From Gemmatimonadales bacterium (GTDB lineage Bacteria; Gemmatimonadota; Gemmatimonadetes; Gemmatimonadales; GWC2-71-9), in NCBI GenBank assembly GCA_041615815.1, contig JBFJCP010000021.1, forward strand, positions 18,638 to 82,637: a DNA stretch of 64,000 bases. Direction: 5' to 3'. Of this stretch, positions 43,828-52,566 are shown in pieces. The position numbers were made by a program, and so were the translations under genes. The notes under the pieces are model-generated. The model worked only from the letters and a program-made list of their open reading frames with translations. It was not told where the DNA came from and ran no database searches. Within the stretch, counting starts at the first letter, position 1. Each line of letters starts with the position of its first letter.

Positions 43828-43903
43828 CACAAGGGTTTGTGTGGGAGACCTTATGTAAGGAGGGGGGTCCCTCCGATCCGGCGTGTCAACGAGGATGAGG
43901 TCC

Positions 43904-44485
43904 ATGTACCGAGGTTGTGGTAGGCGATCCAACGAGGAAGGCTTCACGATCATTGAGGTGATCATCGTGGCGGTAGTGATTGGACTACTTGCGGCGATCG
44001 CCATTCCCAATATCGACCTGTCCCGCTATCGCATCGACAATGCCATGCGCAGTGTGGGCACGAGCCTGCAGGCTGCGCAGCGGCGAGCCGTGACGCGCCA
44101 ACATGACGTCATCGTGCTCATTGATGCGACGGCAAGTACCATTCGAGTCCACGAGGACGTGAATAACAACCAGACCCATGATACGGGTGAGCTCATCCGG
44201 GCATTTCCCATGGGCGATCAAGTGCTCGTAGGGCTGGGAAACGCTCCACCCCACCCGATAGGTGCCGGTCCCGTGACGTTTACAAAGCAAGTTGACGGGG
44301 TCCCCGCCGTCACCTTCCACCGGAACGGCAGCGCGAGTGAGCTTGGCGGGGTGTACCTGACGTCCCGCCGTGCCGTGAATACCGGCGCCCATCCGGATGA
44401 TACACGCCTACTGGAGGTCGAGCGGGCGACGGGGCGAGTCTCCTGGTGGCGCTATCTCGCCGGCAGCTGGAAGAGAGAGTTCTGA
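43904..44485 (+). CDS. FimT/FimU/GspH-like minor pilin
   Basis: Class III signal G|FTIIEVIIV..LAAIAIP, A..RAV, VTFHRNG, VERATGRV. Confidence 0.88.
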   Translation: MYRGCGRRSNEEGFTIIEVIIVAVVIGLLAAIAIPNIDLSRYRIDNAMRSVGTSLQAAQRRAVTRQHDVIVLIDATASTIRVHEDVNNNQTHDTGELIRAFPMGDQVLVGLGNAPPHPIGAGPVTFTKQVDGVPAVTFHRNGSASELGGVYLTSRRAVNTGAHPDDTRLLEVERATGRVSWWRYLAGSWKREF

Positions 44486-44865
44486 TGCGTGGACGAAACG
44501 GATTCACTCTGATCGAGGTCATGATGGCGCTCGTGATCCTCGCGATCGTGATCCTCGGCATGGCCACGACGACGGCACAAGTCCTGCATGTAGTTACCCT
44601 TAGCGACCGGAACGCCGCCGCGATCCAGTTGGTCGATGGCCGGGTCGAGGAGATCCAGATGGACCCGGACTACAACGGTCTCGACTCGGCATACGCCGGG
44701 ATAGAGAGTAGCTTCCCGACTCTTCCGGGGTATACCCGGGAGACCAGGATTGCGCGGATCGGGGGCCTGGGTCAAACACAAGACTACAAGAAGATCACGG
44801 TAACGGTGACGGGGCCCGGTTTGGACGGTCCAGTCTCGCGGACCGTGGCGGTGGCAGCGCCATGA
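44485..44865 (+). CDS. PilV-like minor pilin
   Basis: G|FTLIEVMMALVIL; TGATG overlap. Confidence 0.88.
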   Translation: MRGRNGFTLIEVMMALVILAIVILGMATTTAQVLHVVTLSDRNAAAIQLVDGRVEEIQMDPDYNGLDSAYAGIESSFPTLPGYTRETRIARIGGLGQTQDYKKITVTVTGPGLDGPVSRTVAVAAP

Positions 44866-46040
44866 CTGAGCGACGCTGGAGCGCCGATCGGCGCGGTATG
44901 ACCATCATCGAGATGCTGGTGGCGATGGCGGTATTCAGTATCGTCGTGGCCGGCGCGTTTGCGGTCTTGCGTTCGGAGAGCCGGGGGATGGCGCTCGGGT
45001 CGGAGCGAGCGAACGCCCTCCAGAATCTCCGGTTCGCGACCAATGTCCTGGAACTCGATCTGCGCACCCTGGGAGCCAACGTTCCGGACGAGCAGCCGTT
45101 CCTGATCTACGCCGATGAGAACGTCGTGGCGTTCAACGCCGATTATGCGACCAACGTGGCGAACGATCCCTACGCGGTGTACTACGATCCCGATGCCCCG
45201 AGCGGCTCGGTGACGGCGCTGACAGCCGCGCAGCAGATCACCCTACCGCTCACGAGCTTCGTGTATCCTCAGGTCGACTACATGGGGTTGGGGGGTACAA
45301 TCAACAGCCCCGCCGAGACGATCATCTTCTTCTTCGATCTGGATACCGCCACTACGCGCTCGGACGATTACGTCCTCTACAAGAAGGTGAATAGCGATCT
45401 GCCGGAGATCGTGTCTCGGAATATCCTTCAGACGACGGGAACACCCTTCTTCGAGTACTACTGGATACGTAGTCCTCCGAGCGCAGCGTCGTATATCGAG
45501 GCCGTTCCGGGCGACTCGCTTCCGCTCGCGCACGCCGCGGCACAGCATGGAGCGGTGGCGGACACCGGAAGCGCCGCGAAAGTCGACAGCGTCCGCGGCG
45601 TTCGGGTGAGCTTCACGGTCACCAATGGGCGTACTGGCCCGGCCGAGCATCTCCGATCCGTCTCTCGGCTCGTGCGGTTGCCAAATGCCGGCCTAGCAGT
45701 GAAACGGAGCTGCGGAGACGAACCGATTCTAGGCGTGTTCCTCCTCGCTGCTCCCGGAACCAACGCAACCGGCGATCCCATCATTACGTTGACATGGAAT
45801 CAGGCGATTGATGAAGCGGGTGGAGAAGAGGATGTGACGCGGTATGTCCTGTGGCGGCGGGTGGCGGGCGCCCCCCAGTGGGGGGACCCGTATCTGAGCA
45901 TCCCACCCGGCAATCCGAGCTACACCTACGTCGATGGCAACGTTGCCTCAGGCGATAACCTCGAGTACGCCCTTGCAGCGCAGGACTGTACGCCGTCGTT
46001 GTCGGCCATCGCTACAGCTGGACCGGTCGTCGTGCCCTGA
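44862..46040 (+). CDS. PilW-like minor pilin with C-terminal Fn3-like domain
   Basis: G|MTIIEMLVAM, LELDLR..G; C-terminal ITLTWN..YVLWRR..YTYVD..YALAA. Confidence 0.85.
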   Translation: MTERRWSADRRGMTIIEMLVAMAVFSIVVAGAFAVLRSESRGMALGSERANALQNLRFATNVLELDLRTLGANVPDEQPFLIYADENVVAFNADYATNVANDPYAVYYDPDAPSGSVTALTAAQQITLPLTSFVYPQVDYMGLGGTINSPAETIIFFFDLDTATTRSDDYVLYKKVNSDLPEIVSRNILQTTGTPFFEYYWIRSPPSAASYIEAVPGDSLPLAHAAAQHGAVADTGSAAKVDSVRGVRVSFTVTNGRTGPAEHLRSVSRLVRLPNAGLAVKRSCGDEPILGVFLLAAPGTNATGDPIITLTWNQAIDEAGGEEDVTRYVLWRRVAGAPQWGDPYLSIPPGNPSYTYVDGNVASGDNLEYALAAQDCTPSLSAIATAGPVVVP

Positions 46041-46053
46041 CCAAGGAGTCCTT

Positions 46054-47811
46054 ATGACGTTGACGCAGCGCCTTCGAGACGAGCGTGGCATTGCCCTAGT
46101 CGTCGTGCTCCTGGTCGGACTGGCGGCAGCTGCGATCACCCTGGGCGCCGGGATGCTCGGAACGAGCACCTCGGCGATCAACGTGTACAGTGAGCGGTTG
46201 AGTGTGTTGGAAGCGGTGGCGGACGCGGGGTTGGAGGAGACGCGCTCCGCGATCAATGGCGATCGATCTCTCTACCCAGATAGTTCCTTCACGACCATCG
46301 AAAGTGGGGCGAGCGTCGAGGACGTGGATGGCCAGACCATCCCCAATGTCCGGCGGTCGAGCTACGTCGGCCCCACGGGGGTCACCACCGGACAGTATGG
46401 TGTGTTTGGAAGCATCGTCGTCGTGGTGGAGGACGATTACGGCAACACAATCGTCAGGCGGAACGAGGTCTTCCAAGAGAGCTTTGCGAAGTACGCCTAC
46501 TTCACGGACAGTGAAGGCGGCAACATCTACTTTGGTGGTGGCGACCAGATCTTTGGTCCGTTGCATACGAACGATCAGATGCTGATTCATGCCACTGGTG
46601 CCACCTTCCATGGACCCGTCGAGACCGCGCAGACGGTGCAGAGTCCGCAGAACGCGACCTTCATGCAGGGATATACCGAAAACGGCCGGTACATTGCGAT
46701 GCCGGAGACCGCCGACCTTCTGAAACTTCAGGTGCAGGGACAGACGGGGAGCACGGCCTTTGTCGGCAACTCCGTGGGTGGGCAGGGCCAAGCGACTACC
46801 CGTATCGAGTTTGTCGCGGTCGACCTGAACGGTGATGGTGACCGATCCGATGACAACGAAGGATTCATCCGCGTCTATCAACACTTGGGGAATCCCAACT
46901 GGGTCATGGGTGACGTCCCGGCTGACTACGGAACCAACGGGTTGCGCAACTCCGTGAACTGTGGAGCGTGGGACGAAGATGAGGACGCCTGGATCGTCGC
47001 GGCGGAGATGGATAGCGACGATTGGGAAGATCAGCTGACAGATGCCAGCCGGCGGTGCTACCCCGGCGGTGCCGAGGAGCTCAATGACGGCGTCTTCAAC
47101 GCGGGACCGGATGCACAGGGCGGGTCTTGGCTTCCGTGGCCCGGCACGGTGGACGCGGCGGTGCTCGCCGCCCGGCCGGCGGATGCCGCCTACTTGTTCC
47201 CGATCACCCGCGTGCTCAATCCCTCCTTTCGGGGCGTGATCTTTGTCGAAGGGAAAGTAGCCATCAGCGGTGTGGTCCGTAGCCGTGTGACGGTTGCGGC
47301 AACCGACGACATCGTGATCGTGGACGATGTCACGTATTCCGTCGATCCCGGTGCGGGTACCTGTCGCGACATTCTCGGGATCTTCAGCGGTGACGACGTG
47401 GTCGTCGCTGATAATCCGATCAACAACCCCACGCGCACGTCAGCAGGCATGGCATACCTGACGTTCGACGATACCAAGGACGAATTCATTCAAGGGGTGG
47501 TCCTCGCGCTCAACAACTTCACGGTCGAGAACTACGACCAAGGCTCCAGCGATGCCGAGGCCTGTGAAGCGACAGCATGGGGTCGCGGGTGCCTGTACCT
47601 CACCGGTGGGGTCATTCAGGACACGCGCGGTGCCGTGGGTCTCGCGACGGGCCGCGGCTATCTGAAACGGTACGCCTACGATCAGTGCGCGGCAAACGAT
47701 CCACCACCCTATTTCCCCACGACCGGCCACTTCTCGCGAGGCCGATTCTTCGAGGTCGATCCGGTCAATTTCGACATCGCCGCGTACTACCAGATGCTCA
47801 CGCCGCAGTAG
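46054..47811 (+). CDS. Large PilX/GspK-like minor pilin, copy 1
   Basis: ERG|IALVVVLL prepilin-like N-terminus without Glu5, ADAGLE; AAGGAG ribosome-binding site; about 585 aa. Confidence 0.82.
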   Translation: MTLTQRLRDERGIALVVVLLVGLAAAAITLGAGMLGTSTSAINVYSERLSVLEAVADAGLEETRSAINGDRSLYPDSSFTTIESGASVEDVDGQTIPNVRRSSYVGPTGVTTGQYGVFGSIVVVVEDDYGNTIVRRNEVFQESFAKYAYFTDSEGGNIYFGGGDQIFGPLHTNDQMLIHATGATFHGPVETAQTVQSPQNATFMQGYTENGRYIAMPETADLLKLQVQGQTGSTAFVGNSVGGQGQATTRIEFVAVDLNGDGDRSDDNEGFIRVYQHLGNPNWVMGDVPADYGTNGLRNSVNCGAWDEDEDAWIVAAEMDSDDWEDQLTDASRRCYPGGAEELNDGVFNAGPDAQGGSWLPWPGTVDAAVLAARPADAAYLFPITRVLNPSFRGVIFVEGKVAISGVVRSRVTVAATDDIVIVDDVTYSVDPGAGTCRDILGIFSGDDVVVADNPINNPTRTSAGMAYLTFDDTKDEFIQGVVLALNNFTVENYDQGSSDAEACEATAWGRGCLYLTGGVIQDTRGAVGLATGRGYLKRYAYDQCAANDPPPYFPTTGHFSRGRFFEVDPVNFDIAAYYQMLTPQ

Positions 47812-47841
47812 GGCCTGCGGGTCTGAGTCGGCCGAATCCAA

Positions 47842-47873
47842 GACGCCCCCCGCCCCTCGTGGTGGGGGGCGTT
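47842..47873 (+). terminator. Intrinsic terminator after pilX copy 1
   Basis: GACGCCCCCCGCC-loop-GGTGGGGGGCGTT followed by T-rich sequence. Confidence 0.7.
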
Positions 47874-48017
47874 CTGGTGTCTGTTTTCCCCCTGCAACTC
47901 GTTGCATGCAACGCTGCGTCGCTTTGCACTATTCCTCGCGAAATGAGGTGCCTAGCGAACCCCCGCAGTGTGGGCTAAATCCCTTATGCATCAATAGGAT
48001 AGAGATCTCCCACCCCC

Positions 48018-48033
48018 GGGCACACGGATTGCA
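48018..48033 (+). promoter_or_regulatory. sigma54 (-24/-12) promoter of pilX copy 2
   Basis: GGGCAC-ACGGA-TTGCA; shares CCGGGCACA with the promoter at 43811. Confidence 0.72.
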
Positions 48034-48081
48034 TTCATCGCTTGCGGATTAGTAGCGGGCAGACAGGCCCGCAATCGGTTT

Positions 48082-48170
48082 GCAACCGACAAGGGCAAAC
48101 CACGGGTCACCGTGGGGCGCAAAGCCGCTGGATCGTCGCATGAGGGACGATGGCCAGGCTGCCGAAGGCA
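48082..48170 (+). ncRNA. c-di-GMP-I (GEMM) riboswitch
   Basis: AAGGGCAAAC-CACGG-gtca-CCGTG-GGGCGCAAAGCC, P3 stems CTGG/CCAG and ATCGTC/GACGAT, closing GGCTGCCGA. Confidence 0.88.
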
Positions 48171-48314
48171 ATGCCGATGGGACGCCGGATGATTTCGCTC
48201 CACACACCGTCCGCTCCACCCCATCGCGTCAGCATTCCTCTCGCAGTTCTGCCATTCTCGTGACTCCGCGTTCCGCCCCCCCGGGCCCGCCCTTCCGATG
48301 AGGTCGCCTTTCAC

Positions 48315-50093
48315 ATGGGGATCGAGAAGATGACGGTGCGCGAACGACTAAAGAACGAACGAGGAATCGCGTTGGTGGTAGTCCTCCTGGTCGTCATGGC
48401 TACGGCCGCGGTTTCCCTCGGTGCCGCGATGCTCTCCACGAGCGCCTCGGCCATCGATCTCTACAGTGAGCGGTTGAGTGTGTTGGAGACCGTGGCGGAA
48501 GCGGGTCTCGAGTTCGGGCGCTCGTCCATCAACGGCGACAGGACACTGTATCCCGACAGCTCCTACGCGATGCTCGAGAACGGTATCACGCCCACTGACG
48601 TGGACGGGAACGATATCCCGAACATCCGCCGCTACACCTATGTCGGGCCCACAGGTGTGACCTCGGGCCAGTACGGCGTCTACGGGAGCGTGGTGAGTGT
48701 CGTGGTAGACGCCTACGGCAACAAGATCGTGCGGAGAAGCGAGATCTTTCAGGAGAGCTTTGCCAAGTACGCATACTTCACGGACAACGAAGGCGGCAAC
48801 ATCTACTTTGGCGGTGGAGACCAGATTTACGGGCCGCTCCATACCAACGACCAGATGAAGATGCACTCCACGGGTGCCACGTTCCACGGCACGGTGGAGA
48901 CCGCGCAGGACGTCCGGGACCCGGGCTACGCCACGTTCATGCAAGGCTACACGGAGTGGGGTCGCTACATCCCCATGCCGGCGACAGCGGACCTGGTCAA
49001 ACTCCAGGTGCAGGCCCAGAACGGGAATATGGCCTTCGTAGGGAATACCCTGGGGACCGAGGGCCAGGCGACGACGCGGATCGAGTTCATTGCCATCGAC
49101 CTGAATGCCGATGGGGATCGTACCGACGAAAACGAGGGGTTCTTCAAGATCTACCAGCACCTTGGTAATCCCAATTGGGTCATGGGCGATGTTCCCGGGG
49201 ATTACGGCGCCAACGGCCTCCGAAACTCGGTCAACTGCGGGGCCCTCGATCCGGGCAGTGGGACGTGGGACGTCGCGGCGAACATGTCCAACGCCGACTG
49301 GGAGGCTGCCATGGCCGACCCCTCGCGACGGTGCTTCCCCGGCGGAGCGGACCAGCTGTTCGGCGGGGTGTTCACTCCGGTGGATCCACAGGGAGGTCAG
49401 TGGCTCGCCTGGCCTGGGGTGGTCGATCCGCTCGTGGCTGGCCGTCCCGACGGCGCATACTTGTTTCCGCTCAGCCGTCAGATGAACCCCGGGCTCCGTG
49501 GCGTGATCTTCGTCGACGGGCGGGTGGCCATCAGCGGTGAGTTGCGCGGCCGCGTCACGGTGGCAGCGACGAACGACATCGTGATCGTGGACGACATGAC
49601 CTACTCGGTGGATCCCGGTGCCGGGACCTGTAGGGACATTCTCGGCATCTTCAGCGGCGACGATGTGATCGTCGCGGACAACACGCTGAACAACCCGACC
49701 CGCCGAAAGGCACCGGGGTCGGCGGCCAATCCGTATCTGACCTACGACGATACCAAGGACGAGTTCATTCAAGGTGTCGTGCTGGCCCTCAGCAACTTCA
49801 CCGTGGAGAATTACAACGCGGGATCCAACGACGCGGAGATGTGTGAGGCGACGGTCTGGGGACGAGGGTGCCTCTATCTGACGGGCGGGATCATCCAGGA
49901 CACGCGCGGTGCTGTAGGATTGGCATCCGGACGCGGCTACCTCAAACGGTATGCGTACGACCAGTGCGCCGCGGTGGATCCCCCGCCGTACTTTCCAACC
50001 ACCGGGCACTTTGCCCGCGGCCGATTCTTCGAAGTGAATCCTGTTGGGTTTGACGTCGCCGCTTACTACCAAATGCTGACGCCGTTCAACTGA
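48315..50093 (+). CDS. Large PilX/GspK-like minor pilin, copy 2 (paralog of 46054-47811)
   Basis: ERG|IALVVVLL, AEAGLE; collinear with copy 1 over its full length; start 48315 or 48330. Confidence 0.85.
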   Translation: MGIEKMTVRERLKNERGIALVVVLLVVMATAAVSLGAAMLSTSASAIDLYSERLSVLETVAEAGLEFGRSSINGDRTLYPDSSYAMLENGITPTDVDGNDIPNIRRYTYVGPTGVTSGQYGVYGSVVSVVVDAYGNKIVRRSEIFQESFAKYAYFTDNEGGNIYFGGGDQIYGPLHTNDQMKMHSTGATFHGTVETAQDVRDPGYATFMQGYTEWGRYIPMPATADLVKLQVQAQNGNMAFVGNTLGTEGQATTRIEFIAIDLNADGDRTDENEGFFKIYQHLGNPNWVMGDVPGDYGANGLRNSVNCGALDPGSGTWDVAANMSNADWEAAMADPSRRCFPGGADQLFGGVFTPVDPQGGQWLAWPGVVDPLVAGRPDGAYLFPLSRQMNPGLRGVIFVDGRVAISGELRGRVTVAATNDIVIVDDMTYSVDPGAGTCRDILGIFSGDDVIVADNTLNNPTRRKAPGSAANPYLTYDDTKDEFIQGVVLALSNFTVENYNAGSNDAEMCEATVWGRGCLYLTGGIIQDTRGAVGLASGRGYLKRYAYDQCAAVDPPPYFPTTGHFARGRFFEVNPVGFDVAAYYQMLTPFN

Positions 50094-50269
50094 GTGTCAG
50101 CCGTTCGTCCCTGTGTCGGGCCGCTGGGGGTGCAAACCCGTGGCGGCCCGCTCGCTTTGCGTCACAGGTGCCGACGGTATGCATCGCGGGGACAACGGAG
50201 GAGTCTGGATCACCAGGACCCATCAACGGAGGTGCCCCCGACCAGCCTCGTGTACGGGCGCGAAAGACG

Positions 50270-51244
50270 CTAGCTCGGGAGCGGGGCGCCAGCCTGTGGC
50301 TCCTCGTCACTGGGAGCCCCGCCGTGGACGGCAAGCCGACCCGTGGCCATCGGCTCGCTCCGGCCGAGCGTGACGGCGGACCGTCGCAGTGTCAGCAGCA
50401 GGCCCGTGAGAATGGCACCCCCGCCGATCGCAACGCGCCAGGTCAGCGCTTCTCCGAGGATCGCGATGCCGAGCGCGACGGCGATCAGCGGGGTTGCCAG
50501 GGTGATCAGCATCGTTCTCGTGACATCCATGTGTCGAATGAGCCAATAGAGGAGGACAAACGCGAGGGCGGACCCGACGACGGCGAGGTAGAGCAGGGAA
50601 ATCAGGGCCAGCGCCGTCCACTGGTAGTGCAGGGGGTTGCCCTCGAGTGGTATGCCAATGGCCAACAGGGGGATGGCGCCCGACAGCATTTGCACCAGCG
50701 TGAGGACCACGGGATCCAGATGGCCCCCTTGCCGCTTGATGAGCACGTCGACGTAGGCGGCTACCAGCGCCGCCACGACGATGGCGAGGCTCCCCCAAAA
50801 CGCGAGGGGGCCCGTTGCGGCCAACTGGTCCGAAAATACGATCGCCACCCCCACGATCCCCAGGCCGATGCCGCTGGTCTTCCGGGTCGTCATCCGTTCG
50901 TTCGGGAGGTGGGCGTGCGCGAGGAGCAGCCCAAAAAGCGGAAATGTCGCAAAAAGTAACGCCGCGAGACCCGACGAGATGTACTGCTCCCCCCAGAACA
51001 CGAGGCCATACGTGATCGCGAAGGTGCCGATTCCCGTCAGCGCCATGAATACCCAGTCCCTCAGGGCGATCGGGAGGTTTGGGCGACGTACGAGGACGAA
51101 TAGCAGGAGCGGCACTGCCGCAATCACGAAGCGGATGCCGGCGAAGCTGAGCGGTGGGAGGTCGTTCAACCCCACTTTGATGAACATCCACGTGGAGCCC
51201 CAGATGACGCTCAGGAGGAGCCAGATCACAGCGGCGCGGGACAT
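50270..51244 (-). CDS. EamA/DMT family transporter
   Basis: IWGSTWMFIK, 10 TM helices, PLIAVALG..ILGE. Confidence 0.9.
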   Translation of the reverse strand: MSRAAVIWLLLSVIWGSTWMFIKVGLNDLPPLSFAGIRFVIAAVPLLLFVLVRRPNLPIALRDWVFMALTGIGTFAITYGLVFWGEQYISSGLAALLFATFPLFGLLLAHAHLPNERMTTRKTSGIGLGIVGVAIVFSDQLAATGPLAFWGSLAIVVAALVAAYVDVLIKRQGGHLDPVVLTLVQMLSGAIPLLAIGIPLEGNPLHYQWTALALISLLYLAVVGSALAFVLLYWLIRHMDVTRTMLITLATPLIAVALGIAILGEALTWRVAIGGGAILTGLLLTLRRSAVTLGRSEPMATGRLAVHGGAPSDEEPQAGAPLPS

Positions 51245-51341
51245 AGGCGGGGAATCTTAGCAGATGCGGGGGTACGAGGGCATGGGGTTGAGGCCCAAGC
51301 CGGCGACGGGGGGCGGGGCGTGGAAGTTGCAACACCGCCCA

Positions 51342-51370
51342 TTGCATGGTGTTACGGGCTTCGGTAGTAT
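51342..51370 (+). promoter_or_regulatory. Candidate sigma70 promoter of the HNH gene
   Basis: TTGCAT-17 bp-TAGTAT. Confidence 0.5.
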
Positions 51371-51432
51371 TAGAGCGGTGTCGCGCCCTGCCCGCTGCAC
51401 CGAGGGGGGCGCGATTTCTCTAGGAGGGCGCC

Positions 51433-51984
51433 GTGCGTTGTTTGACCCTCAATGCGTCTTTTGAGCCACTGACCCTCGTTCCGGTCCGCCGCGCACTGCG
51501 GCTGGTGATCGATGGGAAGGCGGAGATCGTCGAGTCCGACGAGGGCCGCGTGATGCGGAGTGCGCGCATTCAGGTGCCGCGGCCCGCCGTCATCCGGCTC
51601 GTGCGCTTCGTACATGTGCCCCGCAAGTTCCGGCGCCAAGTCACCAACACCTTCCTCTTTGCCCGCGATGGGTATCGCTGCCAGTTCTGCGGGCGGGCAG
51701 AGCCACAGTTGGGGTTCCGGGAGTGTCTGACGCGCGATCACCTCGTCCCGTTGTCGCGAGGCGGGACCAACGACTGGACCAACGTCGTGACGGCGTGTTC
51801 CTCCTGCAACACGCGCAAAGGGAATCGGCTGCCCGAGGAGTGTGGGATGCATTTGCTGGGATTGCCCCTGGAGCCGCACTTCGTGTCCCTCACCTGGGCC
51901 GTGCGGAAGCTCACACCCATCCAGGGCAAGTACATCCGTATGTTCTACGGTGAGGAGACATTGCGGCAATTGCGAAGGCTCTGA
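51433..51984 (+). CDS. HNH endonuclease
   Basis: LNASFEPL, RDGYRCQFCG, DHLVP.SRGG, NVVTACSSCNTRKG. Confidence 0.9.
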   Translation: MRCLTLNASFEPLTLVPVRRALRLVIDGKAEIVESDEGRVMRSARIQVPRPAVIRLVRFVHVPRKFRRQVTNTFLFARDGYRCQFCGRAEPQLGFRECLTRDHLVPLSRGGTNDWTNVVTACSSCNTRKGNRLPEECGMHLLGLPLEPHFVSLTWAVRKLTPIQGKYIRMFYGEETLRQLRRL

Positions 51985-52018
51985 TCTCGAGGGGCCTCCG
52001 CCGTATGTCATGCCTGTG

Positions 52019-52438
52019 ATGAAGACCTACACGACCTACCTTTGGTTCAATACCAAGAAGCGCCAAGAGATCATCGATATCACGGACGAAGTTGCCGCGG
52101 CCGTCGAGACGGCTGGCGTCGGCGAAGGCTTCGTCCTGGTTTCGGCTATGCACATCACGGCCTCGGTGTTCGTCAACGATCACGAGTCTGGCCTGTGGCA
52201 CGACATCCTCGAGTGGCTGGAGCACAGTGTGGCCCCGTGGGATCCGGAGCGCTATCGGCACAATGAGACAGGAGAAGACAACGCGGCCGCCCATCTCCGC
52301 AGCCTTACGATCGGTCATGAAGCCATTGTCCCCGTCACCAAAGGTGTCCTGGATCTCGGCCCCTGGCAGCGGGTCTTCTATGGGGAGTGGGACGGTCAGC
52401 GGAAAAAGCGCGTCATCATCAAAGTGATGGGCACGTAA
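52019..52438 (+). CDS. yjbQ: YjbQ/UPF0047 family protein
   Basis: DITD, HITAS, DNAAAHL, LGPWQ..EWDG. Confidence 0.9.
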   Translation: MKTYTTYLWFNTKKRQEIIDITDEVAAAVETAGVGEGFVLVSAMHITASVFVNDHESGLWHDILEWLEHSVAPWDPERYRHNETGEDNAAAHLRSLTIGHEAIVPVTKGVLDLGPWQRVFYGEWDGQRKKRVIIKVMGT

Positions 52439-52566
52439 GAGACGAGGGTGGAGGGGCAGACGGCCGAGGGACAGAAGGGCGGATGTGGAGGGAGGGTGAC
52501 GATTCCGCTTGTTGACCCACCGTAAGTCTATTAATTTCAACAGTTCGGCACGAGTAGGAGCAGTGT

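Noticed and set aside
48348..50072. Long antisense ORFs (574 aa here; also 33600-34706, 7851-9038, 52537-54015, 62688-63917)
   Set aside because: Shadow ORFs expected opposite real genes in high-GC DNA; no recognisable motifs.
46054..50093. pilX duplication as an assembly artefact, DGR target/template pair or invertible cassette
   Set aside because: Differences are spread throughout, with many synonymous changes and indels, and are not adenine-specific. Both ORFs are intact with their own promoters, and no reverse transcriptase or recombinase is in the window.
51317..51330. sigma54 promoter GGCGTGGAAGTTGC before the HNH gene
   Set aside because: Spacing is right but the -24 element is weak, and a better sigma70 promoter lies just downstream.
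51433..51984. HNH gene as IscB/Cas9-like or mobile endonuclease
   Set aside because: No RuvC or PLMP motifs, repeats or terminal inverted repeats; it matches the common stand-alone HNH type.
52440..52500. Purine-rich GAGGG low-complexity tract
   Set aside because: No regular period or spacer structure; not a CRISPR array or a defined repeat.
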